From: Bdellovibrionales bacterium
Lineage (GTDB): Bacteria > Bdellovibrionota > Bdellovibrionia > Bdellovibrionales > DASUEL01
DNA length: 39,634 nucleotides
Assembly (NCBI GenBank): GCA_050250255.1
Contig: JBFWOZ010000027.1
Coordinates: forward strand, 1 to 39,634
Reading direction: 5' to 3'
Below, piece by piece: positions 34,842 through 39,634 of the stretch. The notes under the pieces are model-generated. The model saw only the letters and a list, made by a program, of their open reading frames with translations, was not told the DNA's origin and did not search any database. The position numbers and the translations under genes are program-made. How positions within the stretch are numbered: the stretch's first letter is position 1; each line of letters begins with the position of its first letter.

Positions 34842-35273
34842 ATGAAATCGTTTATGTTTAGTGTATTAGTGGTAGGACTTTTGTCTGTGGACGTACAAGC
34901 GGCTACTTCTCAGAAGTTTAGTTGTGAAATTCGTAATTCTCATAACAACACATTGATTGTTAAGAGCGATAATTTAGTAGTTACAACGGGGCATACACCA
35001 ACAGAGACAAAAGCAGCTATTCTAAATAGTGACGTCGGTACCTTGTTTATTTTTCCTGAAATGGAGAGCATATTGCCGGTCGTAGTAAAAGGATACACTG
35101 TTTCTGTCATGAGTGCGTTTACAAATCAGCGTGGTGAAATTGCAGGCACAGACGTTTCAGTACCAATGAAAAACCAAACTGCGGAGTTCTACGTAGGAGT
35201 GACGGGTAATGCTTTATCAAAAGATGGACAGCCTTTTTCTCAAGGCTTGGGCGTCATTTGTAAAAAATTATAA
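34842..35273 (+). CDS. Secreted hypothetical protein
   Basis: SD ggagg; signal peptide ending VQA; one Cys near each end. Confidence 0.78.
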   Translation: MKSFMFSVLVVGLLSVDVQAATSQKFSCEIRNSHNNTLIVKSDNLVVTTGHTPTETKAAILNSDVGTLFIFPEMESILPVVVKGYTVSVMSAFTNQRGEIAGTDVSVPMKNQTAEFYVGVTGNALSKDGQPFSQGLGVICKKL

Positions 35274-35288
35274 CTGACTTTCTCCGAT

Positions 35289-35311
35289 AAGCCGATGGTC
35301 GCCATCGGCTT
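35289..35311. terminator. Hairpin between convergent genes, probable bidirectional terminator
   Basis: aagccgatgg-tcg-ccatcggctt, perfect 10-bp stem. Confidence 0.65.
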
Positions 35312-35346
35312 TACATGCCGGCGAGCGGTTATAGGATAACCAGTAT

Positions 35347-36180
35347 TTAGTGATTTTTATGTGGGGGGAACAGACTTTTATGCGACTTGAGATTTCTTAG
35401 CTGTTCGGTGAGTGATCGACTTCTTTGATAAATGCTTTCCCAAACGAAAAGATTATTTTCGTCTTTTTGAGTGTTGGAAAAGTTCTTCATATACTCTTGA
35501 AGGTGCTGCTCATTTTTTTTCTGTAAGCTCCATAACTGTTCTCGAAGTAAAGTGATAACGGTATCTTCTGTGAGGTTCTCATCGAGCGCAAAATCACTGA
35601 TTTTGCGCTCTAAGTCGTCGAGTTCCTTCTTAAAAGATAAAAAGTTTTCGGAAATTTGCTGCCGATTCTTTTCAAGGAATGCCCCTGTGCTCTGGCAATG
35701 AAAGTAGAGTGAGTGAGTTTTGCATTGAGGGAGGGGCCCTGTACCATGGCATTCCGGTGCAACGTTATAGTCTTCTGTTGTCACGCGCAGAAGTTCACGG
35801 AATCGAAAAGGAGTTCCTGAATTGAAGGCCTGTTTTTCGAAAATAAGATCTTTGGTGATCACAAGAGCTGCATGTTTTTCGGTAAAGCCTTCCCGAATAA
35901 TAAGTATATCTCCTGTTGAAGCATCTGCAGGTAAAATTTTTTGACAAAGTGGTGAATTCATCCAGAAGGTAATTTCGTCAAAAGTGGCGTAGCGAACGGC
36001 GGAAGTAAGTCCTCCAAGTGCTAGGGCAGTGCCCCAACAGTTTGGTCCGTCGCCCAAGAGTTCCACACCATTCATCTTGTTCATAAAGCTTTGAACTGCG
36101 GGTGAGAGCTGCTGTGCCTGGCTTGCAAGCGTGGACAAAAGAAACCAACCAATTACCAGACATTTGGTCAATATTTTCAT
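35347..36180 (-). CDS. Secreted protein with NlpC/P60 (papain-like) Cys-His motif and C-terminal coiled coil
   Basis: Start ATG 36180; signal peptide (SQA); GPNCW...GDILII...HAALV...FEK. Confidence 0.6.
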   Translation of the reverse strand: MKILTKCLVIGWFLLSTLASQAQQLSPAVQSFMNKMNGVELLGDGPNCWGTALALGGLTSAVRYATFDEITFWMNSPLCQKILPADASTGDILIIREGFTEKHAALVITKDLIFEKQAFNSGTPFRFRELLRVTTEDYNVAPECHGTGPLPQCKTHSLYFHCQSTGAFLEKNRQQISENFLSFKKELDDLERKISDFALDENLTEDTVITLLREQLWSLQKKNEQHLQEYMKNFSNTQKDENNLFVWESIYQRSRSLTEQLRNLKSHKSLFPPHKNH

Positions 36181-36234
36181 AGGGCTAATGATTAAGAACG
36201 TACTGCGCGGAGTTCGAAGCATAAAGTGGAATCA

Positions 36235-36251
36235 ATGCACTTTGAGGGCCA
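36235..36251 (-). promoter_or_regulatory. sigma54-type promoter candidate
   Basis: Minus strand tGGccctcaaagtGCat, GG-N10-GC. Confidence 0.55.
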
Positions 36252-36262
36252 TGGATCTATGC

Positions 36263-36790
36263 TCATCGACTTAAATCAATGGTCCAATAATAGGCGAACT
36301 TTGAGTTAAGAGAGCGTTCAACTGCGATGCCGATCGATTTACTGTTGGGTGAAAGCATATTCTTGTTGTGACCGTGTGAGTTTTTCCAGGCCAAAAATAT
36401 TCGATCCGCGGTAGGTTGACCGGCTCCAATATTTTCTGCACTGGCGCGAGTGATTCCGAAATCTAGCATACGCTGACTCCATTTTCGGCCCAAGCTATCG
36501 TCGTGAGAAAAATAATTCTTTTTTCCCATATCATGACTGAGCCAGCGAGCAGGGCGGGTCAAGCATTCAGATGGCATCAGGCGTTGGAGGCCATTTTGGG
36601 TGCGATAAATATTAATGAGATTTAAAAATCTTATTTCTTCAGACGAAAGATATTCTTCAGGCAATTTCTTCGCGTCGTCGATGCAGGGCTGTGATTGGAA
36701 TTCCACTTCTGATTGTTGATTGGGTGAATTCGTAGATTGTGTCTGGCAACCCAACAACGCTAGGAGCGAGAGAACTATCGTTTTTTTCAT
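36263..36790 (-). CDS. CAP (SCP/PR-1) domain lipoprotein
   Basis: Lipobox LLGC; LINIYR..NGL, HDM..NYFSH, AENIG and W.NS.GH..NML motifs. Confidence 0.9.
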   Translation of the reverse strand: MKKTIVLSLLALLGCQTQSTNSPNQQSEVEFQSQPCIDDAKKLPEEYLSSEEIRFLNLINIYRTQNGLQRLMPSECLTRPARWLSHDMGKKNYFSHDDSLGRKWSQRMLDFGITRASAENIGAGQPTADRIFLAWKNSHGHNKNMLSPNSKSIGIAVERSLNSKFAYYWTIDLSR

Positions 36791-36938
36791 TTCTTATTTG
36801 TAGCTCAAACTTTTTGTAAGCGCATGCCGAGTAGCACCGTAAATACGGTAGAGAGGGTAGATTTTGAGCGCAAATTTGTCATTGAGTGACGAGCGTGGCT
36901 TAAATCAGCTAACCAGTTTCACTTGACTCGTAAAATAC

Positions 36939-36955
36939 GGGAACGTGGGTTGCAT
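36939..36955 (+). promoter_or_regulatory. sigma54-type promoter candidate
   Basis: gGGaacgtgggttGCat, GG-N10-GC; supports ATG 36971 as the start. Confidence 0.55.
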
Positions 36956-36970
36956 TCAGAAACGGTTACT

Positions 36971-37516
36971 ATGCACTTCATATTTCATTCACTCACTTTA
37001 GTATTGGTTTTATTGCTTTCATCAATTGCTTCTTCGGCGGATAGGAAATCTTGTACCGGGATTGCTACGAAGGGAAGATCTGCTAAAGAAAAAATCGATA
37101 AAGTCGCCTCCGCGAATCAGGCGATAAGCCATTTAGAAAAAGCCATTTCTAAATTTAGAACATTGAGCAAATCGAGAACCATTGGTTTTCAACCATTTTA
37201 TGGTGAAACAGCTCCGAAACTTCTCAGTTGGGAGCGAGCTCCATATGCGCAAGCAGATCGGCTGTTCGAGACGACAAGAAGAATTGTTTCCGATGCCAAT
37301 GATAATTTGCGTTTGCTCAACTTATCTTCTAGTCATCTCACTCAAGAAAAAATTGAAGCCTTACACCAGATCGCTCTCCAGTTAAGTAATTTACGTTACT
37401 CTTGGGAAAACCATAATATGACGGGTAGAAGAATTCATCACGTCAGCGAAACGTTACTAGAGCAATTAAAAGCTGAGCTGAACAGTGCGGGAACTCTCAT
37501 AAGCTCCCTAAAATAG
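36971..37516 (+). CDS. Secreted helical hypothetical protein
   Basis: Signal peptide MHFIFHSLTLVLVLLLSSIASSA, followed by DRKSC. Confidence 0.7.
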   Translation: MHFIFHSLTLVLVLLLSSIASSADRKSCTGIATKGRSAKEKIDKVASANQAISHLEKAISKFRTLSKSRTIGFQPFYGETAPKLLSWERAPYAQADRLFETTRRIVSDANDNLRLLNLSSSHLTQEKIEALHQIALQLSNLRYSWENHNMTGRRIHHVSETLLEQLKAELNSAGTLISSLK

Positions 37517-37526
37517 ATAAAACCAC

Positions 37527-39632
37527 CTAAGACAGTGGGTTTTCAGGCCATTTGTGTTTCGGATACCTTCGGCCAAGTTCAATCCTTAATCTTGGGTACT
37601 CTCTAATCCAAAAACCACTTAAGTCTTGAGTCACTTGTACCGCGCGATAATTCGGCGCCAATAGGTGTAAGGTGAGGGGGGAGCCTAAGACTTTCGGTGT
37701 TTCATGAAGTCCAAAAAAATCTTGAATGCGACTTTCAATCCATGGAGGCTGAGTGTTCGAGTAGTTAATAGGGACTTTTCTATTCCCAAGTTGAATAAAT
37801 TCGGGAACATGCTTATCAAGAGCTTGAGCCAACTCCGAAAGTGGTCCGTAGATTAAATAATCAATAAAACGACTCGATTTTAATTCTTCAAAACTCCAAG
37901 ATTTAAAATTTTCAGTCATAAAATCAAATAGGTGATCAGTGAATTCGACTTCGTTTTTCAGAAATATTTCGAGATTTTTAGGATGAATATTTAAAGATTT
38001 TAAAAAAGCGTATCTTTTTAAAAGGGAGGTCATTTTTTCGCCACCTTCAAGCTCGTTAAGCCATGAATCACCGAATTGATCTTTAAATGCATGAAAGAGT
38101 AAGTCCGCAGCCTTTTTCTTGTCGCTTGGAGTTTGCACACTTTCTGAAAGCACAAGCGAGCCATACTTCACTAATGCGGCTTCTTCTACTTTCTTACGAG
38201 CTGGATTCCAACGAATGGTTTTCTCTTCTGTTAGAAGGTCGACTCCAAGATCGATCAACCATTCGGGTTCAATGGCGATCACAGAACGTGCGACAGTTTT
38301 TTTGCCTTTCGCGGTCGAAATCTCTTCTACTTCTGGCAGCACAAAATATTTCGCTGAAGAAGCGAGTGCTTGATCGCGTAAAGTCACAGATCCACCTAAA
38401 CACAAATTTAAAGTGAGTGGATCCTGAGAGGATCTTTGCGCAACTCGGTCGGCAAATCCACGTAAAAAACATTGAGCTAGAGTGTCGTCGGTGACTTCTT
38501 TTGAGGGCTCAGCGCTAAAAGACTGCAAGATTTGTCGTTGGGCAAGACTGATGGCTCGTGTAGGACGAGTGTCTTTTAATTTACGTACACCCGCAAGAAG
38601 ATCTTCGCCCAGAATTCCTCCACTACTGAGTGCCGCTGCGGCAAGTGAGGTCAGTTCGGTAGCTCCGTGTGCTTCCGCGTACAACACCATGCTGGAAAGT
38701 CGTGGATGGAGAGGGAGTTTAATTAATTTTTCTCCCCACTCCGTAATCTTGCCGTTATGAATGGCCCCTAAGAAATTCAATGTACGTTCTGCAGCTTCCA
38801 TGTGCGAAATGGGAGGTGATTCGAACCATTTAAAAGTGGGGAGCTCTAATTGCGACAATTCAAGTAAAGTCATCGTGAGGTCGGAGCGCGCGACTTCTGG
38901 CATTTCAAAACCAGATCTACTCTCAAAGTCCTGACGCGAGTACAGTCGTATACATTTTCCAGGACCCGTTCTTCCCGCACGTCCGGCTCTTTGTATGGCA
39001 GAGGCTTTAGAAATTTTTTGAAGTTTCAACTGCGATAAACCTGACCACCAAGAAAAACTAGGAACTTTTGCGAGCCCAGAATCTATGACGGTATTCACAC
39101 CATTAATCGTGATGGAAGTTTCGGCAATATTGGTTGCCAATACAATTTTACGTGGTCCTTGCGGTGTGACGGCCTTTTTTTGTTCCGAGTCAGGAGCGGA
39201 ACTAAAAAATTTAATAATTTGAAACCCTTGAGACTGGTATTCAGCTAATGCCAGGGCGGCATCTTCAATCTCTCTTTGGCCGGGTAAAAATACCAGAATA
39301 TCAGAACGCTTTCCCTGCTCTTCTTGTTTGCAGCTTGCGATCGCTTTTTTTAAATTTCGCGGGAGTTCGTCGAAAGTATTCTCGTAGGAAATTTCAAGGG
39401 GGTAGATCGGTGTTTCCACCCGATAAGTGCCTGCATTCAAAAATTCCGCGATAGGTGCCGTGTCGATGGTCGCCGACATCACGATGATTTTTAAATCAGA
39501 ACGAATGCTCTCTTGGATCGCTCTTTGGGTCGAGAGAGCTACATCTGTATGTAAATGTCTTTCGTGTAATTCGGCTAAGTTGACAACCGACGCACCTGTA
39601 TGTGTTTGTGCGTGGAGGAGGTGAGGTGTTAT
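37527..39632 (-). CDS. hrpB: ATP-dependent RNA helicase HrpB (5' part outside window)
   Basis: MSAT, LVFLPG..EI, ATNIAETSITI, QRAGRAGR, HPRL and the C-terminal LLAPNYRAVQVTQDL..FW...Y...L.RRYPKHKWP. The frame stays open upstream of 39482 to the window edge. Confidence 0.95.
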   Translation of the reverse strand: MTPHLLHAQTHTGASVVNLAELHERHLHTDVALSTQRAIQESIRSDLKIIVMSATIDTAPIAEFLNAGTYRVETPIYPLEISYENTFDELPRNLKKAIASCKQEEQGKRSDILVFLPGQREIEDAALALAEYQSQGFQIIKFFSSAPDSEQKKAVTPQGPRKIVLATNIAETSITINGVNTVIDSGLAKVPSFSWWSGLSQLKLQKISKASAIQRAGRAGRTGPGKCIRLYSRQDFESRSGFEMPEVARSDLTMTLLELSQLELPTFKWFESPPISHMEAAERTLNFLGAIHNGKITEWGEKLIKLPLHPRLSSMVLYAEAHGATELTSLAAAALSSGGILGEDLLAGVRKLKDTRPTRAISLAQRQILQSFSAEPSKEVTDDTLAQCFLRGFADRVAQRSSQDPLTLNLCLGGSVTLRDQALASSAKYFVLPEVEEISTAKGKKTVARSVIAIEPEWLIDLGVDLLTEEKTIRWNPARKKVEEAALVKYGSLVLSESVQTPSDKKKAADLLFHAFKDQFGDSWLNELEGGEKMTSLLKRYAFLKSLNIHPKNLEIFLKNEVEFTDHLFDFMTENFKSWSFEELKSSRFIDYLIYGPLSELAQALDKHVPEFIQLGNRKVPINYSNTQPPWIESRIQDFFGLHETPKVLGSPLTLHLLAPNYRAVQVTQDLSGFWIREYPRLRIELGRRYPKHKWPENPLS

Positions 39633-39634
39633 GG

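Noticed and set aside
141..39624. Numerous short overlapping or antisense ORFs in the track (e.g. 141..452, 2527..2865, 28186..28581, 29373..29813, 38087..38416)
   Set aside because: They lie within well-supported genes on other frames and show no recognisable motifs.
1..39634. rRNA, tRNA, CRISPR array, prophage or known defence system
   Set aside because: No such signature was seen on either strand by eye; the intergenic gaps are short and largely explained.

Overview
Chromosomal window of a Gram-negative bacterium, most likely Bdellovibrionota/Oligoflexia (inferred from FQNC/YQNC-type lipoboxes, many orphan secreted proteins and a Bacteroidota/Bdellovibrio-type ccoNO-fused cbb3 operon). 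Left to right it contains: the right end of an IS5-family element; an HNH endonuclease followed by a hairpin-rich tract; a translationally coupled pair of lipoproteins with atypical-kinase motifs and Shewanella-like metallophosphatase motifs (the best candidate for an undescribed system); ribD; a membrane diguanylate cyclase; a cluster of surface lipoproteins (GGST linkers, a GH99/71-like hydrolase) around hslO; an ankyrin + CxxCH gene frameshifted at a G7/C7 homopolymer; cphA divergent from hemerythrin-cphB-DUF72; osmC-sodB; ccoI-S-NO-Q-P-G plus a DsbD_2-type gene; SRPBCC; a secreted GNAT/FeeM-like protein; TetR; NlpC/P60-like and CAP proteins; and a 5'-truncated hrpB. Eight intergenic GG-N10-GC (sigma54-type) promoter signatures were found. 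No rRNA, tRNA or CRISPR array was seen. All family calls come from motif reading by eye, not database searches.
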